Shown: positions 14,223-23,905 of the stretch, in pieces | Layout: each line of letters begins with the position of its first letter | How positions within the stretch are numbered: the first letter of the stretch is position 1 | From: a virus | Length of the DNA stretch: 25,210 nucleotides | Virus record (IMG/VR): IMGVR_UViG_3300009431_001072 | Direction: 5' to 3' (one strand) | Notes under the pieces: model-generated | What the model was told of the DNA's origin: nothing | The model's database searches: none | Seen by the model: only the letters and a program-made list of their open reading frames with translations | Translations under genes and position numbers: made by a program

Positions 14223-15093
14223 TCGCCCAGAGATGCTACATATTTCTATTGAAACGGAGATTGCAGCTAGAAAATATTGTGAGCCTTTAAGTGATTTACT
14301 AACGATATTTGTAATTGATGCTGGTGATAACGCTAAAGTTATAGAATTAGCAAAAGCTTACCCTTATAAAAAAGAAATAATAATAAGAGATACTCAATAC
14401 GGATTAACTAAAAATATACTAGAAGGTATGAAAACAGCTTTTTCGAAATCTGACGATTACATATTCTACATAGAAGATGATATTATTGTACATAAAACAT
14501 ACTTTCAATATATGGATACCGCATTAGAGTTATGCGATAAAAAAAAGTTTACAATAGTATCATCTTTTAGTTTTACAAATAGTGGAGATATTAACAAAGT
14601 AGCCAGAGGGAATCGTTATTCAGCATTAGGTCCGATTATTATGAAGCCATTCTTTGATAAATATATATTACAACATGTGAATGATGCTTACTATAAAGAC
14701 GATGGTAGTAGAATATCTTATATAAAAAATCTTGATAAGCAAAATGAAAAATATTTTGTGAAAGGTTATAAATATAGAGATTTCTCTAGTTGTCATAATG
14801 AACAAGCTGGTCTTATAAATAGATTAATAGATGTTGCAAAAATAGAAGGGGATGGGGAAATACTATTACCTTATATTAGTAGGGCAGTGCATATAGGATT
14901 CTATGGCAAAAATAGACCAGGTAAAGTGAATGGCAACAACTTTGAAGAAAGATTACGTAATATAAAAAATATAATATCCTCAAAAGACACAAGTAGGATA
15001 CCAAATAGTGCCAAATATGGTGACTACCAAAGATTGTCTGGGAAATTAAATGAATGGGATGGCACTTTAAAATTTTGGATTAAACCAAAATGA
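14194..15093 (+). CDS. glycosyltransferase-like protein (GT-A/GT2-like)
   Basis: LRPACNRPEMLHISI...GLTKNILEGMKTAFSKSDDYIFYIEDDIIVHKTYFQYM. Confidence 0.7.
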   Translation: MNVILRPACNRPEMLHISIETEIAARKYCEPLSDLLTIFVIDAGDNAKVIELAKAYPYKKEIIIRDTQYGLTKNILEGMKTAFSKSDDYIFYIEDDIIVHKTYFQYMDTALELCDKKKFTIVSSFSFTNSGDINKVARGNRYSALGPIIMKPFFDKYILQHVNDAYYKDDGSRISYIKNLDKQNEKYFVKGYKYRDFSSCHNEQAGLINRLIDVAKIEGDGEILLPYISRAVHIGFYGKNRPGKVNGNNFEERLRNIKNIISSKDTSRIPNSAKYGDYQRLSGKLNEWDGTLKFWIKPK

Positions 15094-15959
15094 AAAAATT
15101 ACTTTTTATAACAGGCGAAGGATTAGGGAACGTTATAGAATGTATCCCATGTGTCAGAACTATAAAAGAACATGGAGTAACCTTAGACTTTTGGTTTGCA
15201 CATGGATCATTTCCGTTACCAAAAATAATCCCATATGTTAACAAATGGTTCACTGGTGGAGAAAGGCCAAAAGATATTAACAATTATAGTGGAGTAATGG
15301 CTACTAAATGGGGACAAAGTTTAGCGAAAACATTAAATTTACCATTACTTAACAAAGTTCGACAATTAACAATGAACGAGTCGGAAGTAAGTGTATACAT
15401 GAAAATGGCCGATGATTTAGGAATAAAAAACTTATTTTGGCATGGTAACTGCATGTACACACCTACACAAGAAAAGTATGATATTGTTATAAGTAATGGA
15501 TTTAACTATAAGTCTGACTTAGATTGGAGTGTAAAATCATATATTTATTATTCAAAGGTAGTCTCTAGTTTAAAAAAACTTGGGCTCACTGTTTGTTCTG
15601 TAGGAGCAGCCAATGAGTATGTACCAGGGACTACCAATAAAACTAATATTGGGTTATTAAACACTTTTGGGTTAATCAAAAATGCTAAATTAGTCATAGC
15701 CAACGATAGTGGAATGTATCATGCGGCTAATGCATTAGAAACCCCAAACATTGTCATATTTACAGCTACTTCTATAAAGAAAAACTATGACAAGCGTTTT
15801 CATAAGTTTGCCTCTGTAATAACTAGAACAGATCTACCATGCAAACCATGCCAGCCATCAAAGGCATGGATACGTACTTGTAAAAATTGGAAATGCCGTG
15901 ATATCGGCCACCATATAATAATTAATGAAGTTAAAAAAATATTAAAGATACAGAGATAA
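15090..15959 (+). CDS. glycosyltransferase family 9 (heptosyltransferase)-like protein
   Basis: GEGLGNVIECIPCVRTIKEHG; LIKNAKLVIANDSGMYHAANALETPNIVIFTATS. Confidence 0.75.
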   Translation: MKKLLFITGEGLGNVIECIPCVRTIKEHGVTLDFWFAHGSFPLPKIIPYVNKWFTGGERPKDINNYSGVMATKWGQSLAKTLNLPLLNKVRQLTMNESEVSVYMKMADDLGIKNLFWHGNCMYTPTQEKYDIVISNGFNYKSDLDWSVKSYIYYSKVVSSLKKLGLTVCSVGAANEYVPGTTNKTNIGLLNTFGLIKNAKLVIANDSGMYHAANALETPNIVIFTATSIKKNYDKRFHKFASVITRTDLPCKPCQPSKAWIRTCKNWKCRDIGHHIIINEVKKILKIQR

Positions 15960-15961
15960 AA

Positions 15962-16813
15962 ATGAAAATACTATTTATTGCCGTATTTGACCCAAAGTCA
16001 ACTAACGCGTGGCAAGCAAAAAGCTTCGAAATGCTAGGACATGAAGTCATTAGGTATGAGTATCGAGCAATAGCTGCAAGACTCGGAATCAACGGAAGAG
16101 ATGATGATTTAATACATGTTTGTCGAGAAAATAAACCTGATATGATCTTATTTTCCAAATGTAACAAAATGAATGTTAGAGTAGTTATTGAATGCGGCAA
16201 AATAGGTAAAACGGTATTATGGTATATGGATCCTGCCGGAAATATTGATACAGAACTAATAGAAAAAATGAAAGCTAGCAACTACGTATTTAGCGCAAGG
16301 TGGGATGGATACAACGAATCAAAAAAATATAATAGCAATTCTTTTAGGATACACGAGGGCTTTGATTCACTTGTACATAAACCTTTTAATGTTCCACGTA
16401 CAAGAGATATTTGTTTTATAGGAGAAGCTCGTTCTTATAGAAAACCATATCTGGATGCGGCAAATGTTCCGGTATTTAATAATGTGTTCAACTACGAACA
16501 TGCGAAACTTGTTTCAGAAACTAAAATAAATCTCGGATTAACAGAAGGTGACGGTACATCAGATAGAACATATAAAATTATGGCAGCCGGAGGATTTTTA
16601 CTAACTATGCCATGGGAGAAAATTGAAGACGAGTTTGAATTAGGAATCGATTTAGTTACTTTTGATAACGTAGATGTTCTTAAATACAAAATTCAATACT
16701 ATCTTACAAATGAACTTGAACGTGAAGCTATAGCAAAAAATGGAATGGAAACTGTCAAAAAATATAATGATATTAACTTTGTTAAAAGCATATTAAAAGA
16801 GGTGACTAAGTAA
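15962..16813 (+). CDS. CgeB-like glycosyltransferase
   Basis: C-terminal KINLGLTEGDGTSDRTYKIMAAGGFLLTMPWEKIEDEFELGIDLVTFDNVDVLKYKIQYYL pattern. Confidence 0.65.
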   Translation: MKILFIAVFDPKSTNAWQAKSFEMLGHEVIRYEYRAIAARLGINGRDDDLIHVCRENKPDMILFSKCNKMNVRVVIECGKIGKTVLWYMDPAGNIDTELIEKMKASNYVFSARWDGYNESKKYNSNSFRIHEGFDSLVHKPFNVPRTRDICFIGEARSYRKPYLDAANVPVFNNVFNYEHAKLVSETKINLGLTEGDGTSDRTYKIMAAGGFLLTMPWEKIEDEFELGIDLVTFDNVDVLKYKIQYYLTNELEREAIAKNGMETVKKYNDINFVKSILKEVTK

Positions 16814-16815
16814 AC

Positions 16816-17520
16816 ATGGATTGTCCTTTCTGTAAAAATAGTAAAGTAACACAATATTTGAATACAAAAAATTCCAGGTGTAGTATCTGTGGGTTGTATA
16901 TAAATAATACTCAAATGTCTCCAGAACAAATTAAAGAATTTAATAGAAATTTCCTATTGGGCGCATGTCATAATCTCAGTAAAAGAACCCAAAGATTAGG
17001 TGAAGCTAAGGATTTGCAAGTAGCTACATTAAAACAACACGGGTCTATAGATAAAGTATATGACGTTGGAGCAGCTTCCGGGTTTTTTATGAAAGCCGTA
17101 GAAGACGCAGGTGGAGTTGCGCACGGAAATGAAATAAGCATGGCAAGCATCGCTTGGGCAAAAAAAGAGTATGGTATCAACATAGCTTACGGATTTCTTG
17201 AAGAATTGGAAATACCTGACTCTTACTTCGATGCTGTTGTTTTGTGGAATACGTTGGAGCATACCAGTAATCCAAAAACTACGTTAGACGTATGTTATAG
17301 GGTATTAAAGGAAGGCGGATTAATTTATATTAAAGTTCCCAATCATAAGTCTCCTAACGAGCTAATAAACTTCTACGAAGGAGCCCATTTATTTGAGTTC
17401 ACTGAAGAATGTTTGTCTATACACTTAAAAGATATTGGATTTAAAGAAATATTTGTGGATCCAAAAGATGTAGATCCACGATGTAACGTTACTGCTGCTG
17501 TATATCTTTATAGGAAATAA
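16816..17520 (+). CDS. class I SAM-dependent methyltransferase with N-terminal zinc ribbon
   Basis: CPFCKN...CSICG; VYDVGAASGFFMKAVEDAGG; DAVVLWNTLEHTSNPKTTLDVCYRVLKEGGLIYIKVPN. Confidence 0.8.
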   Translation: MDCPFCKNSKVTQYLNTKNSRCSICGLYINNTQMSPEQIKEFNRNFLLGACHNLSKRTQRLGEAKDLQVATLKQHGSIDKVYDVGAASGFFMKAVEDAGGVAHGNEISMASIAWAKKEYGINIAYGFLEELEIPDSYFDAVVLWNTLEHTSNPKTTLDVCYRVLKEGGLIYIKVPNHKSPNELINFYEGAHLFEFTEECLSIHLKDIGFKEIFVDPKDVDPRCNVTAAVYLYRK

Positions 17521-17522
17521 TT

Positions 17523-18281
17523 ATGAAAAAAGCACTTATCAAATACCACCACGGTCTGGGGGATATATTGCAGTTAACTCCTCATTTAAGAAAATTATAT
17601 CATATGGGGTATGTTACTGATATAATGGGTATGGCGCAGAATAATACGTCCCATCTATTAGATGCTTGTCCTTATACCGATAGCTACATAGACATACCAA
17701 ATACGTGGAAGTCACCGCTGGGGTTTAATAAACAATTAGAAGTCGATATGCAATTGTTTAATAAAATAAAACCAGAGTATGACTGGGCTGGTTATGCAAA
17801 TCACCTAAACATAGGTGGTATTAACAAAATAGATTTTACTTCTAAAGAATTAGGTCTCGATATAACAGATAAAACCCTCGAGGTATTTATACCAAAATCT
17901 GTAGAAAAAGAAGTTCTGGAATATATACAAAAAACATACCCAAATGGGTATACTTTTGTACATACATTAATTGAAGAACATACCTACCATGACTGGAATC
18001 CGACAGATTGGATAAATGTTAACTTGCCAAAACTGCCAATAGTAGATACTGGCTACAGCGGTAATTACTATAGATGGAAAGATGATATAAATGCAACATT
18101 TGTTTTACTAAGAGAAGCTACACATAAAGTTTTGTCTTCATCTGTTATGGTACATGCATGTGACGCTATGGGTGTTCCTATGGATATAGTAAACTATGGA
18201 AGAGTAGATAGAAAGGTATGGCCCTTTAATCATAAACAGCTATTAAAAAGTATAAGAGAAAATGGAGTAATGATAAAGTAA
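17523..18281 (+). CDS. glycosyltransferase family 9-like protein
   Basis: MKKALIKYHHGLGDILQLTPHLRKLYHMGYVTDIMG; C-terminal SSSVMVHACDAMGVP. Confidence 0.6.
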   Translation: MKKALIKYHHGLGDILQLTPHLRKLYHMGYVTDIMGMAQNNTSHLLDACPYTDSYIDIPNTWKSPLGFNKQLEVDMQLFNKIKPEYDWAGYANHLNIGGINKIDFTSKELGLDITDKTLEVFIPKSVEKEVLEYIQKTYPNGYTFVHTLIEEHTYHDWNPTDWINVNLPKLPIVDTGYSGNYYRWKDDINATFVLLREATHKVLSSSVMVHACDAMGVPMDIVNYGRVDRKVWPFNHKQLLKSIRENGVMIK

Positions 18282-18895
18282 TGGATTTATCCAAACTATC
18301 AAGGTTAGAACGTGAAGGTTACTTTGAAATCCAAGAAGCCTTTCGCCGTGGCGATGGTTATTCTAAAGATACACAAAGGTTCCAAAAATATTTTGAATAT
18401 ATCAAAAAATTTGGCAAAACCAATCCAGAAGTAGATGTGTTGGATGTTGGTTGCGGCCCGGGTCCATTGGAAGTTTACCTTAAAAAATTCGGTTATAAAA
18501 ATGTCGAGGCACTAGACTTTAGTGATGAAGGCATAAGACAATGTAAGCAAAATGTTCCGGAATTTAGTTATACCATAGGTGACATAAATGAAGTAGAGAC
18601 TATTTATCTGAATAAAAAATTTGATATAGTCTTCTGCCTACAGGTATTAGAACATATGGAAAAACACAAAAGTGTTTTAAAGCAGTTATATAACTTAACT
18701 GCTAATGAAGGATTACTAATCATAAGTGTACCATGGGATCATTGTAAAAGTAACAGACTCCATATAAACCATTACTTGCCAGAGACATTTAATGAATTAG
18801 CAAAAGAACTAAACATGCCTGCGCCCATTGTTACCGAAAGATTTGGCGAAGGGAACCTTCAATTACTAGCCATATTTAAAAATGAAAAGATTTGA
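18281..18895 (+). CDS. class I SAM-dependent methyltransferase
   Basis: VDVLDVGCGPGPLEVYLKKFG; FDIVFCLQVLEHMEKHKSVLKQLYNLTANEGLLIISVP. Confidence 0.85.
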   Translation: MDLSKLSRLEREGYFEIQEAFRRGDGYSKDTQRFQKYFEYIKKFGKTNPEVDVLDVGCGPGPLEVYLKKFGYKNVEALDFSDEGIRQCKQNVPEFSYTIGDINEVETIYLNKKFDIVFCLQVLEHMEKHKSVLKQLYNLTANEGLLIISVPWDHCKSNRLHINHYLPETFNELAKELNMPAPIVTERFGEGNLQLLAIFKNEKI

Positions 18896-19427
18896 AATTA
18901 TTACATCTTTAATAAAAGGTGTAAAGAACCCAGTAGGGGCTGAAATAGGAGTGTGTAATGGTGTATTTACTGAATATATGCTAACACATAACCCTGCTCT
19001 TGTATTGTATGCTGTAGACCCGTTCATAATGTATCAAAAACAATACGAGTCCGGTGTAGTTCAACACGGTTTTTCAACGCAGAACGAATTTGATGAACAA
19101 TTTAAAAGTACAAAAGCAAAGCTTGCCAAATTCATAGATAGATGTGTGCTGCTAAGAACACTATCGGCAGAAGCTGTGAATGTAATAAAGAATAATTCAC
19201 TAGATTTTGTATTTATAGACGGAAACCATTTGTACAACTATGTTAAAGCCGATATAATTTCTTATTATGATAAAGTAAAAAACGGGGGAATACTGGCTGG
19301 ACATGATTATAACCCAAATGATATTAATCACCTAACCAATACATGCAGAGCAGTTAATGAGGTATTTACGAAGGAAGATGTAACCACTGGTGATGATAGT
19401 ACTTGGTGGATTAAAAAAGGAAACTAA
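18882..19427 (+). CDS. class I SAM-dependent methyltransferase (Methyltransf_24-like)
   Basis: GAEIGVCNGVFTEYML...LDFVFIDGNHLYNYVKADIISYYDKVKNGGILAGHDY. Confidence 0.8.
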   Translation: MKRFEIITSLIKGVKNPVGAEIGVCNGVFTEYMLTHNPALVLYAVDPFIMYQKQYESGVVQHGFSTQNEFDEQFKSTKAKLAKFIDRCVLLRTLSAEAVNVIKNNSLDFVFIDGNHLYNYVKADIISYYDKVKNGGILAGHDYNPNDINHLTNTCRAVNEVFTKEDVTTGDDSTWWIKKGN

Positions 19428-19429
19428 AC

Positions 19430-20227
19430 ATGAATTTAGGATTTATTATGGCGTTTAATGAAGTTAACTGGATTGAGTTTGCTATTGAGCAAGCAATGAA
19501 AATATGTGATAGAATAATTATCTCTGAAGGATCCCAATTTACATCATTTACGGATATACCGGAAAGAAGTAACGATGGAACTCTTGATATGATAACAAAA
19601 AAACAAAGAGAGTATCCCCAGGTTATAACAGTAATTCCAAGTTCAAGAGTTAGCGCCGAATACAGAAAAAATCAATGTGAAAATTTTAATAGAGCTCTAA
19701 GGGAATGTAACCCCGGCGATTATTTTATTCCTTTGGATGTGGATGAATTTTATTCTGATAACTTCTTAAATACAATAAACGAAATTACAAAAGTTGGTCA
19801 CATAGATCATCTATTAGGCCAGGGACACTTGTATGGATTCAGCTTTAAATACCGATTAGTATTCGGTAATAACGCTGTTTGGAAAAAAGATATACTGTTT
19901 AAAGTCAATAACAGTTTTAAGTTTATTCCAACACACAAACCGACCGGCCAAGGAAAGAATAAGTTAGTGAATACAAGTGATAGCTTGTTTCACTATACCT
20001 GGCTTAAACCAACAGATAGGATGAGAATTAGAATGCAAACTTCGAACTTTCATCCGGGGATGCTTGAGTGGTTCGACACCAATTGGGAAAATATAAAATT
20101 AGAAGAAAATATTAAACAAAAGTCACATCTGGGAACAATGTTTACATTAAAAAAATATGACGGAGAGCATCCTTCAGTTTTAAATAATCATCCATGGAGA
20201 CACACAGAAGACATCAGAACTACATAA
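19430..20227 (+). CDS. glycosyltransferase-like protein
   Basis: MAFNEVNWIEFAIEQAMKICDRIIISEGS...DYFIPLDVDEFYSDNFLNTI (GT-A-like DxD). Confidence 0.6.
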   Translation: MNLGFIMAFNEVNWIEFAIEQAMKICDRIIISEGSQFTSFTDIPERSNDGTLDMITKKQREYPQVITVIPSSRVSAEYRKNQCENFNRALRECNPGDYFIPLDVDEFYSDNFLNTINEITKVGHIDHLLGQGHLYGFSFKYRLVFGNNAVWKKDILFKVNNSFKFIPTHKPTGQGKNKLVNTSDSLFHYTWLKPTDRMRIRMQTSNFHPGMLEWFDTNWENIKLEENIKQKSHLGTMFTLKKYDGEHPSVLNNHPWRHTEDIRTT

Positions 20228-21147
20228 TGAATATAATATTAATAACTCCTAAATTGGATAAACCATGTTTATACCACACAGATATAATAAATACTTTGTC
20301 AAAGTTATATAATGTATATCAGTATGGTCCAGGATTTAGTTATTTCTCTCAAAGTGATACTGTACACGACATAATTTCGAAATCCGGATTTACACCGAAC
20401 TTAATTATATTTGGGACTGCCCAAGTGCTTTACGGACTCAACATTCGTGGACTACCCTCTATAAAGATACCAAAGCTTATATTTTTAAATAAGGAATACC
20501 AATGGATAGATAGAAAACTAGATTTTATTAAGAAAAATAAATTTAATTTAGTTACTACGATTTTAAATAAAGAAATTTATACTCCATGGGAACGTTTAAC
20601 TGGAATAAGATTTGTACAGACACCGCATGGTATATTTCCAGATAAATTTCCTAATTTGAATATAACCAGGAAGTATGATCTGGGATTTTTAGGAGCACTG
20701 TTTGATAAACAAGGAGTCTCCTTTAGAAAAAAAGCAAAAGAGTTCATCTTTGATAAAAGTAATTTATCGGAAAAATATAATATTATGTGGGGAGATGATT
20801 ATAATAAAAAGCTTTTTTCAGGCGAGGAATACATAAGAGCACTTAACTCATTTAAAATTTCGGTGTCTACTCTGTCTCCGTCCAAAATAATTGGATTACG
20901 ATTTTATGAGTTAGCTTGCGTCGGCACCATGATCCTTGCACCGCGAGATAACTATGATGGTGCTTTTGTTGATGGGAAAACATGCGTGATGTACGACGAT
21001 AGTGTATCTTCTTTTAAGGAAAAATTTTTACACTACTTAGATAATGAAAAAGAAAGGAACAATATAGTGAACAACGCGTACAAATACGTAACTACAGAAT
21101 GTACGTGGGACATCAGAATAAAAAACCTCATAAAGAACTTTGAATAA
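20227..21147 (+). CDS. glycosyltransferase (CgeB/GT4-like)
   Basis: YDLGFLGALFDKQGVSFRKKAKEF...IIGLRFYELACVGTMILAPRDNYDGAFVDGKTCVMYDD; internal ATG 20227 preferred to the 20194 start, overlapping the preceding stop. Confidence 0.65.
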   Translation: MNIILITPKLDKPCLYHTDIINTLSKLYNVYQYGPGFSYFSQSDTVHDIISKSGFTPNLIIFGTAQVLYGLNIRGLPSIKIPKLIFLNKEYQWIDRKLDFIKKNKFNLVTTILNKEIYTPWERLTGIRFVQTPHGIFPDKFPNLNITRKYDLGFLGALFDKQGVSFRKKAKEFIFDKSNLSEKYNIMWGDDYNKKLFSGEEYIRALNSFKISVSTLSPSKIIGLRFYELACVGTMILAPRDNYDGAFVDGKTCVMYDDSVSSFKEKFLHYLDNEKERNNIVNNAYKYVTTECTWDIRIKNLIKNFE

Positions 21148-22084
21148 CAAAACTAAATATTCCGCGTTCAATGCCATTCCTTGGAAATTGGTAAAATCCT
21201 ATAACATATTCCCCAGAAGAATAGAGCCCCTTCACATTCGTTTAATGCCAACAAATAGATGTAATGCTAATTGTAAATGGTGTTGTTATGCTGACGTAGA
21301 CAAACAAGTAGAGCTTTCAATAGAAGAAATAAAAGAGATTATATTATATTTTTTTGCATTGGGAACACGCGCTATTACTTTCTCTGGGGGAGGAGAGCCT
21401 ACAGTACATCCGCACATAGATGACATGCTGTCCTTTGCTAAAGATAAAGGAATAAGTTGTGGACTAGTTACTAACGGATTAAAGTGGTCCAAAAAAAATC
21501 TTAAACTAGATGTAGCAAATAAAACGTTAACTTGGGCAAGAATGTCAATAATTGAGACAATAGGTGACTATGATATAAAAAAGATCTCACGATTTGCAAA
21601 TAATTTATCTAACGTAGATATTGGCATAAGTTTTGTTGTTCCGGATGATGTTAATATTCAGTTAGCTATAGATATATGTAATTTAGTAAAAGGTATATCG
21701 AATATCACCCATATAAAGTTTATACAAGATTCATACAATTTAAATAGTAACGCTATTAAAGAGGTTGAAATAGCCTGCAATAAAATAACGAATAAGGCCT
21801 TTTTTGTACCACGTACAGATTATACCAAAGGTCAGCAAAAATGCCAAATTAGTTTATTAAAACCAGTTGTAAATGCTACAGGTTATATATTTCCTTGTTG
21901 TGATATACAACATGCCGCTGGTGACTTTAAACATCCTCCAAAAAACTTAAGGATGTGCTATTGGAACGAATTCCATAAAGCAGAATATTTTAACGGCAGT
22001 AAATGTACAAAATGCTATTATGACAATTACAATTTATTTTTAAATAACTTACTCAGTAAAGTAGAACATATTAATTTTTTATAG
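21140..22084 (+). CDS. radical SAM protein with SPASM-like C-terminal cysteines
   Basis: MPTNRCNANCKWCCYADVD (CxxxCxxC); ITFSGGGEPTVHP; C-terminal CQISLL...GYIFPCCD...CYWNEF...CTKCYYD. Confidence 0.85.
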   Translation: MNNKTKYSAFNAIPWKLVKSYNIFPRRIEPLHIRLMPTNRCNANCKWCCYADVDKQVELSIEEIKEIILYFFALGTRAITFSGGGEPTVHPHIDDMLSFAKDKGISCGLVTNGLKWSKKNLKLDVANKTLTWARMSIIETIGDYDIKKISRFANNLSNVDIGISFVVPDDVNIQLAIDICNLVKGISNITHIKFIQDSYNLNSNAIKEVEIACNKITNKAFFVPRTDYTKGQQKCQISLLKPVVNATGYIFPCCDIQHAAGDFKHPPKNLRMCYWNEFHKAEYFNGSKCTKCYYDNYNLFLNNLLSKVEHINFL

Positions 22085-22097
22085 GTAGAATATAGAT

Positions 22098-22256
22098 ATG
22101 AAAATTTTGATTACTGGCGGAGCCGGATTTATAGGCTCGCATCTAGCTGATACACTGATTAAAAGAGGGGATACAGTTATTATTCACCCATGTTCGATAT
22201 TAAAAGACTGCAAACACAGCTGTTATAAAAAATGGGGAAAAAAGAAGATATTATGA
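22098..22256 (+). pseudogene. truncated NDP-sugar epimerase/dehydratase (52 aa, N-terminal Rossmann segment only)
   Basis: [52 protein letters not shown]; extended-SDR [11 protein letters not shown] motif, then divergence and stop. Confidence 0.7.
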
Positions 22257-22930
22257 AGCTAGTAATAGGTCTACAAACGTGCAATCGAATAAAGTTTACT
22301 AAAGAAGTTATTAGTTCAATACTGAAACATAATCCAAATTCTGTAAAATATCCGTGGGTTGTTTATGACGACAATTCAACAGATAATACAATAGATTATC
22401 TTAAGGGTTTGCCATATATAGATGAATTAGTAACTAGCAAAAATAGGCGTGGTATAACAAACGGAATAAAACAGTTAGTTTTGGAAGCAGCAAATTATGG
22501 CCAAATTATCCTTTATATACAAAATGACTGGAGACAAGTTAGATATATAGATTTAAAAGCGATAGAGAATTTTTTTGAAAGTTATCCAAATGCAGGACAT
22601 TTACAAACTACACAATATAAAGGTAAAGATAATGCAAGGCCTTCGTCAACTGCTGAAAGAATTAACTTATATACAAAAGAAAAAATAACTCCTGGGAACA
22701 CCATTACTATTGGCGCAGAGAAGTTCATACCAGGTAATTGGCACTACTGTGACTTGCCAGGATTTTCTAGAATTAGTATCGCCAAAGATATGTTTAATGG
22801 TCCTCTCAATGAAAGTGTACGTATAAAACACTTTTCTACTTGTGGATGTGACAATTATTTGTTAGAAAACCAACCTTACCGAAACATAGATGTAAATAGC
22901 CGTACTCAAACCCCCAACCGAAAATTATAA
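22253..22930 (+). CDS. glycosyltransferase family 2-like protein
   Basis: [24 protein letters not shown]...[16 protein letters not shown]...ILYIQNDW; ATG 22253 preferred to 22232. Confidence 0.75.
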   Translation: MKLVIGLQTCNRIKFTKEVISSILKHNPNSVKYPWVVYDDNSTDNTIDYLKGLPYIDELVTSKNRRGITNGIKQLVLEAANYGQIILYIQNDWRQVRYIDLKAIENFFESYPNAGHLQTTQYKGKDNARPSSTAERINLYTKEKITPGNTITIGAEKFIPGNWHYCDLPGFSRISIAKDMFNGPLNESVRIKHFSTCGCDNYLLENQPYRNIDVNSRTQTPNRKL

Positions 22931-23838
22931 TGAAAATTTATGCAATAATGTTTACCTGGGAGCAAATTGATTGGCTTCCGTGGGCTATTAAGCAACTTAA
23001 CAGAGCTTTAAGTTATGGATCTTTGGATAAAGTACTTATAGCAGAAGGAGGACACTCTAAAAATATGTCTGGGCGTTCATCAGATGGATCATGGGAGTAT
23101 CTACAAAAAACTGTCGGCAATAACCCTAATTATCAGTTATTTGATGCAGTACCTTTTAGAGATAAACATAATAGCTATGACCAGGTGCAGCCTGATTTAT
23201 TGAATACTATGTGCAACACTATTCCTTTGGATACAAAAGAAGATCCATGGATATTTGTAACACAAGATGATGAATTCTTCTTTGATAAATTTCTAAGAGA
23301 TATAAAAAATATAGTAAAAGCAGCAGATACAAATAGTAAAGATATGGTTATGACAAGACAATTGGCTTTTTCATTTAACATGAAACTTCATCATTTGAAT
23401 CGCACAGCCTATATTCTAAACAGATGGACAAAAGATAGCTATTGGAAACCGATATCCACACTATGTTATAAAGACGGATGTCCTTATTTGACAAAAGCTG
23501 ATAAAATACATTATGTACCGGATTTTGATTATACCACTTTTCACTTTAACAGAGTAAAGAGAGTGAAAAGAGAAGAAATGAGGTATCGTCTATCAGCTGA
23601 AATTAATACACCGAATGCTATGAAATGGCATAATGAAGTATGGTTAGCTGCTGATTTAAATAACTTAACAGAAGCCTATAAGGCCAATGAAAGATTAACT
23701 GGCCACTACGGGTATGCAAAGGATTCACCAAATACAGGACCGGCAATGTGGCAAGAATTAGTTAACTACGAAGGTAAATACCCAGAAGTATTAGACGATC
23801 ACCCATATAAAAATATTTCGGATATAAGAAAACTATAA
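22930..23838 (+). CDS. glycosyltransferase-like protein, apparent paralog of the 19430 gene product
   Basis: MFTWEQIDWLPWAIKQLNRA...LIAEGGHS...WIFVTQDDEFFFDKFLRDI...YPEVLDDHPYKNISDIRKL. Confidence 0.6.
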   Translation: MKIYAIMFTWEQIDWLPWAIKQLNRALSYGSLDKVLIAEGGHSKNMSGRSSDGSWEYLQKTVGNNPNYQLFDAVPFRDKHNSYDQVQPDLLNTMCNTIPLDTKEDPWIFVTQDDEFFFDKFLRDIKNIVKAADTNSKDMVMTRQLAFSFNMKLHHLNRTAYILNRWTKDSYWKPISTLCYKDGCPYLTKADKIHYVPDFDYTTFHFNRVKRVKREEMRYRLSAEINTPNAMKWHNEVWLAADLNNLTEAYKANERLTGHYGYAKDSPNTGPAMWQELVNYEGKYPEVLDDHPYKNISDIRKL

Positions 23839-23905
23839 TGCAGATAAATACTAATAATCGGTCATTTTTTATAAGACATAGTAAAGTTAGGGAAATAGTA
23901 ATACA

